This document shows, one piece after another, positions 27,039 through 39,520 of a DNA stretch of 64,000 nt. The translations under genes and the position numbers were made by a program. Within the stretch, counting starts at the first letter, position 1. Each line of letters starts with the position of its first letter. The notes beneath the pieces are model-generated. The model did not search any database. It was not told the DNA's origin and worked only from the letters and a program-made list of their open reading frames with translations. This DNA is from Ginglymostoma cirratum (Eukaryota), in NCBI GenBank assembly GCA_024137785.1, contig JAHRHZ010000003.1:9760897-9824896 (forward strand), in the 5' to 3' direction.

Positions 27039-27535
27039 TTTTCAACTCCCCCTCCCATTCCTCAGATGACATGTCCATCCTTGGCCTCCTGCAATGCCAC
27101 AGTGATGCCACCCGAAGGCTGCAGGAACAGCAAATCATATTCAGCCTGGGAACCCTGCAGCCCAATGGCATCAATGTGGATTTCACAAGCTTCAAAATCT
27201 CCCCTCCCCCAACCGCATCCCAAAACCAGCCCAGCTCATCTCCACCTCCCTAACCTGTCCGTCCTCCCTGGACTGACCTATCTCCTCCCTACCCCCCTAC
27301 CTACACTCACCTTTACTGGCTCCATCCCCGCCTCTTCGACTTGTCTGCCTCCTCTCCACCTATCCTCTCCTCTATCCATCCTCTAACCACCTCCCCCTCT
27401 CTCCCTATTTATTTCAGAACCCTTTTCCCCTCCCCCATTTCTGATGAAGGGTTTAGGCCCGAAACGTCAAGTTTTCCTGCTCCTATGATGCTGCTTGACC
27501 TGCTGTGTTCATCCAGCCCCATGCTTGCTATCTGC
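27039..27535 (+). mobile_element. Penelope-like retroelement 3' end (GIY-YIG C-terminus, 3'UTR, hammerhead-bearing terminus)
   Basis: ORF 26990..27253 contains FNSPSHSSDDMSILGLLQC...RRLQEQQIIFSLGTLQPNGINVDF, typical of Penelope endonuclease C-termini. Followed by a C/T-rich UTR and a hammerhead core. Confidence 0.85.
27436..27473 (+). ncRNA. Minimal type I hammerhead ribozyme motif
   Basis: CTGATGA (27441-27447), extra A, stem II GGG-tttagg-CCC, GAAAC-GTC (27461-27468) with palindromic ACGT in place of a closed stem III. Short stem I attt/aagt. Confidence 0.65.
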
Positions 27536-28178
27536 AATGCTTATAAAGTGATTTGGGATGCCCTGAAGGTGAAATGCATTTCTGAAGAGTGTGACACATT
27601 TTTATATGAAGACTATTAGTTAGGCTAAAGACACTGCCGTTGCCTCCCTGACTTGGGTTTGTGTTTATCCGTCATTGGTCAAAAAGAATCAAGGGGCAAA
27701 TGAGTTTGGCAAATTCTAATCCATGGTTCATTGTGTGTAGAACCTGCAATATAATTTTGTTTCTCAAATGACGTGTTTTCATTTCTCACACAATCTCCCA
27801 AACCAGAGAGGTGACTAAAGTGGATGTGTTCTGCTTTGTATCACCACATTTGAAAGACTCTGTCCGCAGACTGGGCATATGGTTTAATTTATTGAATGCA
27901 CACCTCTTCCCCTTCCCTAACCTCCTGCTCAGAAATGCCATATTTATTCTGTGCCAATTCCGAGGTCAGACAACAAGAATGTGTTGTGGACTCAACATCA
28001 GTCTGTGAGTTTACAGAACAACTAGGTGCACGAATAAGCCATGTTATTCCTGAAGCTTGCTTTGCCATATTCCCCATATTCCTTGGTTTCCCTTCTGAAC
28101 ACAAAATCAGTCAGCCTCGGTCTTGAATGTACTTGGGTGTTGAACATCCACAGTCCTCGACAGCAGTTGCTTCTTAAA

Positions 28179-28308
28179 TGACAAGGTGTAGAGATGGATG
28201 AACACAGCAGGCCAAGCAGCATCAGAGGAGCAGGAAGGCTGACGTTTCAGGCCTAGATCTACACCTTGTTATCTCAGATTTTCCAGCATCTGCAGTTCCT
28301 ACTATCTG
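28179..28308. mobile_element. Short hairpin-type Penelope-derived element
   Basis: An inverted copy of the terminus (acaaggtgtagagatggatgaacacagcagg...tgacgtttcaggcctaga) is joined to the forward tail tctacaccttgttatctcagattttccagcatctgcagttcctactatct. Confidence 0.75.
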
Positions 28309-28739
28309 TGCTGCTGAAATAGTTGAGTTGCTTGGATACTGCAGTCAGTGGGTGTTTGAGTCACCAAAATCTAAAGGTCAGGTGCTATACCCTTGGATTC
28401 TCTAACTTCCTGAGCAAAAACAAAAACTAGACGATGGTAGAAAGCAGCCGAGCTGATCAAAATCTTGTATATTTTTCCCTTTGTGTGAGTCCTTGGTTTG
28501 TTGAAGAATGCAAGACATGAACGTATCCTGCAGTTCGCCCAGTCTTGTTTGGAATTTGAGCTCGTCAGGTCCAGGAATTGTAATCCAACGATCACTGGGG
28601 ATATATTATTATTGACATTGGATGGGTAAGTTTGAAAATCACTTGAGGGATTTGGAATTCCAGGTGAAGAGATGATGCCTGTCCTGTGCCTGAATGAGAT
28701 CACCTTTGGATTATAGCAACCTTGTTAGCTATCACATCT

Positions 28740-29165
28740 TGACCGCACTTGTTGACCGCAATATGACAGGACAGCTTTATCAGAAGTTTGAGAACATACT
28801 GCATAAGCTTCCCTTGAGCATAGTGGATCGAGGGATGATCAAATTAATGGCCAGTAGACTGGACATGAAGAAGCTATTACTTTGGGTGAGAGAATCCAGA
28901 CTAAGATGGCGTTATCTGAAAGTTAAAGTTAAGCAGTTTTCGGATAAAACCAATTAATAAAAGAGAAATTTCTGAAATTTCCATCCTTAAAAACCTGTGG
29001 TTGCTGAAACAAGTTTTCGCAACTGAGCTTGATAAATCTATGGGCAAAGTACAAAGGGATATGGACCGTGGGCAAGTGATACAGTGGCTGGGAGAGAAAA
29101 ATTAACTGTGACTTATTCGAATGGGGAAGCAAATTTCAGGGGTGAATAGCCTATTGCTGATTGTA
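28740..29165 (+). mobile_element. Decayed CR1-type LINE 3' fragment
   Basis: tttgggtgagagaatccagactaaga...aagggatatggacc...gaatggggaagc...gaatagcctattgct. Confidence 0.45.
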
Positions 29166-29499
29166 CGTTGCTATTGGTCTCATAATAAGTTTAGGAAATA
29201 TCACATAAGTGAGGAAAATGATATAGTTTCACTTGTAAATCAGTCATAAATTGTAGCAATATGTAGAGTATGTGAGGAACCGAAGTCACGTGGACAAACT
29301 AACAGGATAATTAGTGCAATAAATGCCGTCAAGTATGAAGGGCGTGGCCAGAAAGACTTCTCATTCCCGTGCTTATACTCATCATGTTTTATGTGACATG
29401 CATTAACAGCTTTCCCCTTTATTTAAGTGTTCAATGAGCATTGTTTATAAAGTCAAATGTTTGAATTGCCAAAGCTTAATGGAAAACTTTTTTTTTCAG

Positions 29500-29554
29500 T
29501 TCGTCTCCATGACAGCATATCGGAAGAAGGATTTCACTACCTTGTGTTTGACTT
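29500..29554 (+). CDS. CAMK2B: CaMKII exon 4, (V)RLHDSISEEGFHYLVFD(L)
   Basis: 55 nt. Acceptor ttttttttttcag and donor TT|gtgagt. Phase is compatible with exon 3 (G+TT=Val) and exon 5 (TT+G=Leu). Confidence 0.96.
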
Positions 29555-31614
29555 GTGAGTACTAATCTACTGGGGATGGTGTGCTTGTGGAAGATAATTC
29601 AAACTAAATTAAAATGTGCACTGAATGTTGTATAATCAAATAAATCATTGTTAAAAGTCTGAGGGAACTTTTTTGTTAAACAGTCACTGTAACATCTTCA
29701 CTTCAAGTGACAACTTGGTAATGTAGATCAGATCTCTGTCATGATTCTCACTTGCACCTAAAGGACTGAATGGTCTTCTGCACTGCCTTGTGTTGTAATT
29801 TCTGATGTGTTGAAGGTTGATTCACTGTCATTCAAATTGATGATTGCTCATTTCCAAGAATTTCAATCGTTGGGCATTGGGGCTGATACTGAGTCGTTTT
29901 CTGGAAAGATGCTGCTACCATCAGCATCAGATTGTCTCCGGATCATTGCACGATGAATGGAGGTCAATGTTCCTTTGAAAGTAAACAAACAGCGAAGCGA
30001 AGGCCCGGCTTCTTTACCTTGGTGACATGGGCTATCCAGAGTAGCTTAGTGCAGGGGTCAATTCCCTCTCACATTGAATATCCAAAGTGCAATTTTGAGG
30101 AGCGTTGTTTCCAACAATCTGTGCTGCCACGCATTATTGTTACCTGGTCTCCGTTCTTGCAGCAGCCTCAAGTTTCTTGTTTCTGCCCCTTGAAGTGTAT
30201 TCTATGTTGTCACGTCCAGAAACTCTGTGATCAGCACCATACATGCACAACTGCTCATTCAAGTTATTTCAGGCTTCAGTTATTTTTTGTTCATTCCGAT
30301 ACAAGTGCAAGGATCCCACTGCGTTTGTGAAAGGACCGGAGCCCGGGTGATCCCGAGAAATCTAACTGAAGCCCATGAATATTAGCAATCCAGCCTGTGA
30401 ACTTTGAGAAATGAGTTTTCCATGATGGTATTAATTCCAATGCAGCTTTGTTCACTTTGAAATGTATAGGTTTGGAAGACGGTCTTTCCACTGAGAAATA
30501 ACATGTAAATGTAGGGACTCCATGTTGAGTGTGTCTTGAGACAATAGCATGTAGATAGGGAAGACAAAGTTGTGAGGTTCCCTGTTGAAGGTGAGACTGA
30601 AGTCATCATTTTCTAAGATTTGAGCTTTGGCACAAATTCTACTTGGTCCAGGGCAGTACTGAGGGAGTACTGCATTGTTGGAAGTGTCCTTTTTCAGGTG
30701 CTATCACTGCATGATTGATGTTGCAGAGTCTGTTTTGTGAAGTCGTTGCTCGAATAAATAGTTTTTGCATATGTTCACAACCCGACTTGGGCTGCACTGC
30801 TGCATATTAAACTGTTTGTGATGGCTTGAGTGAATACAAAAGGTGCTAATTAAATGCAGCAGCTTCTAGTTTGAGTTCAATTGATGCAGACTGTTAAAGT
30901 AAAATTTGAAAAAATGAACTTGATGACAGAGCAATTCCAAGCATGGTGGTTATGTGATCAGACATTAAGCTGCAGGGCAAGAGGCAAAGTCAGATCTTCT
31001 GGACTGGAAAGGGGTGGTGAATGATCAATCCACCAGAGTCTCAGAAGACATTGTCTTGCAAGTTGATGGCTAGAATCAAGTTGCAAATGGAATGGAGAGA
31101 AAAGATTCGTCCAAATGTGAAACTTCTACATTGTTGACTATTGGTCATCGTGTAAAACATTTGGAAATTGACATTGAACCAAGAGTGTGCACGCTGTATG
31201 ATTTGGCTTCACCTTACCTGCTGAAGTTCATTGCTGCTAGTGATGGGGCCTAGCCTGGAAAATCACTGACAGCAACCAAGCAGCTGGTCGACATCTCTCA
31301 CTTTTGACATCTTTGTCACCTGCCAGAATGTGGAGGCACCAGTTCTTGGTGGCCGTGCTGTCTTGTCAGAGTGCATTCCTGAGTTTTGTTGTCTGTATGT
31401 ATGCCCAGCTTCAGTTGGGCTGTACACCCTGCTGTCAAAATTAAAGGTTCTTCTCACTCTTCATCTGTGACAAAGTGCTTGAGTAGGTTTAATTATAGCT
31501 TCGATCTTTGCATATGCCTGTTAGTTGCATGTTGAAGGGTTTGCAGTGGATGCTGTTGTTCTGCCCTCTTGCTAAATGTGTTCTAATTTGAACCATGTCT
31601 TATGCACCAGACCA

Positions 31615-31937
31615 AGAATAGAATAGAATCCCGACAGTGTGGAAACAGGTCCTTCGGCCCAACAAGTCCACACCGAACCTCAGAACATCCCACCCAGACA
31701 CATCCCCCTACGACCCACCTAATCTACACCTTCCTGAACGGGCAATTTAGCAAGGCCAATCCACCTAACCTTCACATCTTTGGACTGTGGGAGGAAACCG
31801 GAGCACCCGGAGGAAACCCACGCAGACATGGGGAGAATGTGCAAACTCCACACAGACGGTTGCCCGAGGCTGGAATCGAACCCAGGTCTCTGGTGCTGTG
31901 AGGCAGCAGTGCAAACCACTGTGCCACCGTGCCGCCC
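31615..31937 (-). mobile_element. Full-length, young HE1/V-SINE-like SINE
   Basis: Minus strand: ggcggcacggtggcacagtgg (A box), ggttcgattcc (B box), V-domain-like TGCGTGGGTTTCCTCCGGGTGCTCCGGTTTCCTCCCACAGTCCAAAGA, CR1-like tail ending in (ATTCT)3. Confidence 0.9.
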
Positions 31938-31939
31938 TG

Positions 31940-32006
31940 AGAGAATGTGCAAACTCCACACAGACAGTAGCCTGAGGCTGGAATTGAGCCCAGGGCCCTG
32001 GTGCTG
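31940..32006 (-). mobile_element. Second partial copy of the same SINE
   Basis: gagaatgtgcaaactccacacagac...gaggctggaattga repeats 31833-31899. Confidence 0.8.
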
Positions 32007-32010
32007 ACCC

Positions 32011-32637
32011 TGTAAAAACATCAAGGTGATAACCTAGACCCTAACTATTATCTTATTTAAAGCCAAGTGTAAGGCACTGTGTTACAGATGTGATTCATTT
32101 GGTCAAACTGCTAGGCTTTAAGCAAAACACACTATATTCTTGCACCATTGGTAAAATGCATCAAAAAATTGACATAACTTTAAATCTATTGAAATACTCA
32201 ACAAAATAATTTATCATTTCATTACTACTCATCGACTGTTCCGATGGAGCAGCATCCCATAAACACACCCTTGACAAAGACAAATTCAGTAAACTAGATT
32301 TCCCTCACTTGCTATCTCCTGCAGTCCACGAGAGGGAACACCAACAGAATGAATCTAGCAGCAGAGAGAGAAGTAAAGCTTTTTGCAGCTGAGAGAGACC
32401 TGTACCTGGCAGCTTCAACTCCAAAAACCTGAACTTCAACAACTGAAAGCAAAACTAAAACCCTTGGTCTGTGTGAGCCTGACTCCATTCACTCATGCTT
32501 CGTTTGTCTCACGAGACAAGGTCCAAAGCTATTTTACTCTGCTTTCCATGGAGCAGACACCTTGGTACCAGGTTTACAACACCCCTCCAAGAGAAACAGG
32601 ACAGAACAAATCACTCCTCAAGGCATGTATCATCACA
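32011..32637. mobile_element. Possible solo LTR-like element
   Basis: About 630 bp bounded by TG...CA, abruptly interrupting a SINE. No target-site duplication confirmed. Confidence 0.3.
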
Positions 32638-33849
32638 CTTGTGAGATACACATGAAATATTTTAAGGATTATCCACATTGACAAACCTGACAGCTGCTTT
32701 AACATGGACGTGTACCATTATTCATAATGTTCATAATGTGGGTGTGCAGGAAATAATTTTTACCCATACACCTCTCTGGCATCATAGGTAAGATGTTAGA
32801 TGCTTTTTAGATTCTGTAAGGTAAACTAAAATCCTACAGAAGATTTTCACTTTTGATTCACCTTAGCGTGTTTGGTTCTGGCTGAGTGCCATATAGGAAG
32901 AGTTTCTTTTGGCAAAATCAACTCTCCCCCGCTCCACGAAACCAGCAGGTGCACACTGCCTCTCATGTCCACATGCTCCCTCAACATATTGCCATGCAGG
33001 CTCTTCGGTATATGCTCTAAGAACTAAGACTCGATGTCTCCATCCATCCTGAACTTGCTCACACGATAAGTCCTTCCCAATATGCGCTTGTGTTTTGCAT
33101 TCTGGCAGTGTGAGTATCACTGACTCGTACTTATTGCTTATCTTGAGTTGACCCTGAAAAGATGATAGTGAGCTGCCTTTTTGAATTACTGTTGTCCGTT
33201 GAAAACATAGTATTGTTAGTGACGAAGTGGCAGGATTTGTACCTCGTGGCAGTCAGGAACAGAGTTATAGTCCATGTGAATGTTCACAGAATCCACATTA
33301 ACCTCTCAACTTGTGATATGTGCGTGTCCACATAGCTCCAAGTCCAGATTCTTAATCAGTCGGCGGCCACATGTAAATACACATATTTTCATGAAAACTG
33401 ATAATTGCAGACCGTTGCTTCAATGCTTTAAATCGTCAATGTTTTGCCACCAATACCCTGCCAAAAGACAGAGAGTCAGTTTGTGAGGAGTGCTGTTGAT
33501 GACCTCCACCTTCAGGAGACTGAAGGCACAAGCCATTCATGTGTCTGCTTTTTCAATAATCTTTATTCTTGGAATTCAGCCAACTTGAAGTGGTCTAGAG
33601 TGTACTCACTAATGGTGCAGCCTGCATCAGTGTTTGTGCTAACATGGGTTTGTACTTACAGACTAAATATCACACCCTTGTTGCTTGTGTCCATCGTACA
33701 CGTGAGGTGAGCTGTTTAAATTCTGTGTTTCCTTGTCTCAAAAGGCTGATCTCTGCATGGTATACGGAGCATTAGGAGTAAGAATTGCAACAATTCTGTT
33801 AGATAGAATTCTTTACTGGTGAAATTTCCCATTTGCTTTCATGAAGCAT

Positions 33850-35260
33850 AACAGTGAATAGCCAGAGGGATGCTGCTGGTGGAGTGAGTGAAGCATTAAG
33901 GTGGGATGCTGTTTGAGTGGGCTGCTTTGTCCTGTTGAGCTTCCTGAGTGTATCGGAGTTGGACTTATCCAGGCAGGTGGGGAATATTCCATCACCCTCG
34001 TGACTAGTGTCTCAGAGGTGGTGGACAGGTGACGCATTCAGTGCCACATTCCCAGATACTGCCCAGCTTTTGGACTGTGGCTGTGCGTTTGTATTTCTAG
34101 TCAGTGGTCACCTCCACAACATTGCTGATGTGGTAAAGCAACTCACTGTGATGGAGAAGTAGTTTGATTCCATTTTATTGGGAGTGTCACTACCTGGCAT
34201 TTCCGCAGTGTGAATGCCACTTTCAACTTATCAGCCCAAGACTGAACATCATCCAAACCTTTGTGCGATTCAGCACAGGCTGCTGCACTATGTGAGCAGT
34301 TGGAGATGATACTGAACACTGTGCAGTCATCAGTAAACATCCCCATTTCTGACCTTATGATGGTAAAGCACCCAAAGATGGTTGGGCCAGTGACACGACT
34401 CTGTTAAACTCTTACAGAGATGTTCTGGGACTGACATGATTCGACTCCAATCATTGGAGACTTTTCCCCTTCATTATATTGACTTCAATCATGCTAGAGC
34501 ACCTTTTGATGCCACTCCCCTGATTTGATGTTGAAGGCAGTCACTTTTACTTCTTCACTTTGACTTTTCTCCATATTTGGATTAAGACTGCAATGAAGTC
34601 TGGAGCAGGGTGACTTGACAGAACTTAAATTGAGCATAAATGAACAGGCTATTGCCGTATAAGTTCAGTTTGGTTGAAAAGATTTTCTGTTACTTGGCTT
34701 GTGATTGACCGTAGGCTGATGGGGCACTAAGTAATCAGGCTGGATTTGTCGTGCATTTTTGGGGTCAGAACATGTCTGGGCAATTTTCCATATTATTGGT
34801 GGATGCCAGCTCTGGATGTGACTGGTTCTGCAACACAGTTTTCAGCATTGCAGCTTTGGTGTTCTGCCTTGGCTGAATTTGGTGCCTCTAGACATTACTT
34901 GCTATTATTTATTGTGAGGAAAATTGATTGAAGACTGATGTCTGTGTTGCTGGAGACCTGGAAAGGAGGTCACCATCACTATGCACCTTGATATGCTGAC
35001 TGAAGATGGTTGAAAATACCTCAGCCTTGTTGTTTGCGCAGGCGTGCTGTGCTTTGGCCTCAGATGATTGAGATGCTTGTTCTATGACTGCACCAGTTGG
35101 TTTTTGAATTGTCCGCTACCACTCATACCTGGATGTGACAAGACTGCAGAGCTTTTGGTTTGGGGATCATTTTGCTCTGTCTGTGGCGTGCTGCGTTTAC
35201 TGTTGAGCAAGCATGTCACCTGGTGCAGCTTTGCCAATTTGACATTTTCACCTTTTCTGC
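33850..35260 (-). mobile_element. Decayed CR1/L2-clade LINE ORF2 fragment, same family as 23.4-25.0 kb
   Basis: ORF remnants MGMFTDDCTVFSII (a degenerate F/YADD motif) and RVMEYSPPAW. Reverse-complement similarity to the 24.0-24.9 kb element. Confidence 0.8.
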
Positions 35261-35447
35261 AGTGACTTGATACAGCTTCATGACTTGCTAGCCCATTTGT
35301 AAGTCAGCCACATGGCACGCAGAATGGCCGATTTCCTTCCCTGAATTTTTGAGGGTTATAAATGAGCAGTTTCATGGTCACCATCGAGACCAGGTCGGTT
35401 TTTATTCCAGATTGATGAAATACATGCCACACCCTGTGTGTACTGAC

Positions 35448-35674
35448 TGTAATGGGTCCAGCCAGGGGAACCACAGAGGACCTGAGTTCACTGATTGGGG
35501 ATGTTAATCTGGTCTAAACAGGGAGCCCTGGCTGACAGAGAGAAATAGGAGAGTCAGAGGTTCTGTTCACTCTGAGAGCCAGCTCTGAGGAAGCTGGATT
35601 ACTGTCAAGGATTCTCCATGTGTAAATAAAGGGTGACATGGTGATGGGATACCAGCCTCTGTGGAGTTATTTCA
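35448..35674 (+). mobile_element. Short solo LTR-like element
   Basis: 227 bp from TGTAAT to ATTTCA, with an internal AATAAA near the 3' end. No clear target-site duplication. Confidence 0.5.
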
Positions 35675-36462
35675 CCTTGCTTCAGGGCGATGTGATTTGA
35701 AGTCGAGTCTCTGGCATATGCAGTCAAATGTTCTGAATAGCTTGTCCAACAATGTGACCACTATCCTGTATTCTCAAACCATTTAGCATACAGCATGTGT
35801 GAACGTTAATCCGTAATTGCAATGTGGAATGTATTGGCGTGGGAACAACGTAGCCACTGTCTCCCTGTTATACTCTATACCCTCAACATACTGATGGGAG
35901 ATGAATGGCCCTCAGCCAGTACTTGTTGTTGTAACACAACAGCAGTTTACTGAGACAGTGCAAATGTGTCAACAGATCACAGTACATGGAGACAGAAGCA
36001 AAATGTGCATCTGGACTTCATTGTAAATCAGTGATTATCTTCAGCTTGACAGCAGATTCTGAAAGTCCCTTTTTATCCTGTTTACTCACGTAGCTGCAAG
36101 CAATGAAGCTGTTGTTCAATGTCACTGCCTCACATTGCTCCTTTGTTAGATCAATTCTTAATGTCAGAAATTAGAAAAGGAATTCATTGGAGAACAACAT
36201 GCACTGCAGCAATCAGATTGGTGGCAGCAGCACCTATACAGAAAGACCCAAAGATGGACAGTCAGACAGATGCTCATGCACACACCCACATCCATGCGTA
36301 CACCCACACAAACACACAGGCGCCTATTCTCACAGAGACATAAACATACTCACTCCGTCCCTTAAGGCCGCAGAGCCCTGACAGGAATGGTGAAATTGTC
36401 TGCCTTCGGGTCTTGTGTGCCAGTCCACAGGTCTCTCTTTGTTTTGGCTGGCTCCAAAACTT

Positions 36463-37237
36463 GAGTGAATGGTTTATTTATTGTTGCCTGCGTTTTACAC
36501 TGAATAATACAGTAAATACAGTGCAAAGCTTCAGTGGTCGCCAGAATCCAGCACCATTTTGAATCGTTTAAGAATAAAAAGGATAAAAGATAGAACTGCA
36601 AGGAGTGCTGAGCCCTGAGGCAGCTTAGCGATGGTGCGCTGCCAACCCTCCTCCACCACCTGTGCCAGACCCACCAGCATCGGAGTCACCACTCTTTCAG
36701 CAACATCTCTCTGCTGCTGGGTCCTATGCTGAAACCACACTCAGTCTACCACCAGGAATCCTGGGTTCCGCTGCCACCTCGATGATGCCAGAAGTCCCTG
36801 CTTTGGGCCAACTGCACCTGGCTCCGCTGCCAGACCAGGTTGCCACTGCCACTGTCTCGCCGAGAGTCCTGCTCTGGCTGCCCTCCTTTTGAGATACCGC
36901 CTTGCTGGCACTGCTGTCTTTAAAAAGTCTGCTGCCACCACCCACCTCCGATCGACGGAAGAACTTTGCCGCCACTGCCACTTCCAGTCACCGTGAGGAG
37001 CCATGTGTGCCACCACGTCTGACCACCAGGAGGCGCCACCGCTCCAGCTATCGCGCCGATTTCGCCAACAAACTGGCAGCAGAAACCTCGACAGAAAAAA
37101 GTGAAAGGGGAGAAAAATATGAAAGAAAAAGAGCAGAAGTAGAAAGAAAACAAAAAGGGAAGAAAGCATGCAGGAGTGGATGAGCCCCAGGCAGGAGCCC
37201 ACATGCAGCCCTACTGCTCTGCTGCCATCTTGAATCT
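36463..37237 (-). mobile_element. ~770-bp non-autonomous retroposon with YY1-like 5' end and AATAAA/ATTC 3' end
   Basis: Minus strand begins ttcaagatggcagcag, has a GC/CpG-rich interior, and ends caataaataaaccattcactc. Homologous truncated copy at 13256-13690. Confidence 0.65.
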
Positions 37238-38602
37238 CTCACTGAGATTCTAGACCTCTCTTTTTATCTTTCGGGTGTTTGCCAGTTTGCTGAGAGCCCT
37301 CGAGCTGTGGAATTGCCGTGTTAAAACACCATGCCTTTCTGCCCTGTGTTAAAACATTTCTAAAGATCTTCTACTTCGGGTCAGCTGTACTGATATGTCC
37401 TTATATGGCTCAGTGTCCAAGTTTGTTTCATACCACTCTTGTGAAGCGGTGTGGAGCATTTTACAAATTTAGAATTGTTATCGGACTGCAAGTTGTCGTT
37501 CACATGAGTTCTGTCAGTTTTGTTGAGCACCACCGGGGCCCCACAGCTACTCCATAACTTGTGGCAAAGTGTAGCCTCGCAGAACTCTTGCAACAACTTG
37601 CAGTACAAGTTTAGATGTTGCAAAGCTATTGAATCATATCCAATAACTATGGTCCATGATTGATGCGGTGTCACAGCCTGTCAACTCTTGAAGGTGAGAA
37701 CCGCACGAAAAGCAATGCTTAAACAACTTGAAAAGTGAACTATCATTTGACAGATGTGGATTCTGAATAGATTTTACACTGGATTTGGATTTCACTTGTA
37801 CACAGTCTGAAGGAATCACCAGGACAGTCTTTTGAGGAGGCAGGTTAATGGACCAAATCCGTTTATGGCTTTTGTCATCTGAAGGATGGCTGTTAGCATT
37901 GTGTACACATGAGAAAACTACACGTCACCTCAGACATGCATGTTGCGATCAGACGGTCACTTTTGTGCCTGTTTCAGAGTTGGCCGTAGTTCAGAGAGCC
38001 TGACCATCAGTCATTGACCACAAAGTGTAGATTTTATTAGTGCACAGCAGTTTGATCACCAGAGAGCTGCAAGAGGAACTTGCTCTTATAGGATGCAATC
38101 AGTGAAAAAAGATCACTGGATGTGTCAGTGACCCATATCTTTTTTATCTAAGGGTACTGTCGTGCTTCCCTTGACCAGCATCACCAGGACATTTGACCTG
38201 TTCATTTATCTCAGAGTGATGATAAAACAGAAAAAGAGCTTTGCGTGATTTGATGGGGAAATCTCTTCAACGCCTTTTACAAGGCTCAAGTCTCCAACGT
38301 CCCACCTTTGCTCATGGTGACATTCACACTCAGCCAATAATGATATTCCCCTTAGAATGCTTGTAGAGAGTCTGTATCCATAGAAACTATAGGTAGTTCT
38401 CCTACAATGTGATAGTTGCATTCTTGTGTGACGTCATGCTGAAGAAAATCAGGCTGCAGAAAATCACCATAGAAAATCGAGTTATAGGGAAATTGCTATA
38501 CATGTACAGTCGAAAGTTCATGTTATCCAAACAGCACCCACCATTCATCAGTTGCATTACAGCCAACGTGCATTAATGAAGCATTTGTTATAGCCGAACT
38601 AC

Positions 38603-39520
38603 CTGTAGGAGCAAGAGGAAACCACTTTGCTCTTTAATCTTGCTTCGCCACTCAATATGATCATGGCTGATCTTCTGTCTCAATGCCGTATTTCTGCTTT
38701 CACCTCAAACTTTTCAATGCCTTTAACATCGAAAGAAAAGTCTGTATTTTTGAAGATATTCAGTGACTTGGCCTCCACCGCCTTCTGTGGTAGGGAATTC
38801 CACAGGTTCATTCACCTTTGGGAAAAGAAATGTTTCCCCATATTTGTCCTAAATGGTCTACACTGCAACCTGAGACAGTGACACCTAATTCTGGACTCCC
38901 CAACCAGGAGAAACATTCTCCTGCATCTAGTTTGTCCAGCCTGTTAAAATTTTATATGTTTCGATCAGATCCCCTCTCATCTTCTAAACTTGGAGGTTCA
39001 TTGCTGTGGCTGTATTCACCCATTGCTGTACCTTCCTGTCCTTTTCTCCATCAGGAGACCAACTTAACACAGTACTCCCAAGTGTGGTCTCCCCGAGGTC
39101 CTGTATAACTGCAGGAAGACATTGCTACTGCTGAAGTGGAATCCTCTTGCAGTGCAGGTCAATGTACTAATTGCTGTCATGGGCTGTTATTAATGCAATG
39201 GCAGTGTCCCCTACCTCTGATTCAGAAGGCCCGGTTCAAGACCCGCTTGCACCAGATGTGCGTAATAACATTTCTTTGAGCAGGCCAATATGAAAAGATT
39301 TTCTATTTGCCTTGGTAATTCCTTGCTGCACCTGCTTATCTACTGACTGGGGTGTACATGCATACCTTTGCACATCCATACATCCCATTACACTATTTCA
39401 GTCATATTCTGCTTTTCTGTTTTTGATATCATAGTGTAGAACTGAAGTTTAACATTTTGCCACGTTCTCTTGCATCTGGCATATGTTTGCCCCCCTCACC
39501 CAGCTTGTCCAAATCAAGGT
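38603..39520 (-). mobile_element. CR1-type LINE 3' fragment
   Basis: gcctccaccgccttctgtggtagggaattccacaggttc...acacagtactcccaagtgtggtctc...ttgtccaaatc matches the other CR1 copies. A small insertion lies near 39.18-39.3 kb. Confidence 0.75.

Noticed and set aside
31860-31937. tRNA gene
   Set aside because: The A/B boxes belong to a SINE head and continue into SINE body sequence. No full cloverleaf is evident.
36662-37242. Overlapping ORFs on both strands suggesting a small gene or CpG-island promoter
   Set aside because: They are explained by the GC-rich interior of a repeated element that has a homologous copy at 13.3 kb.
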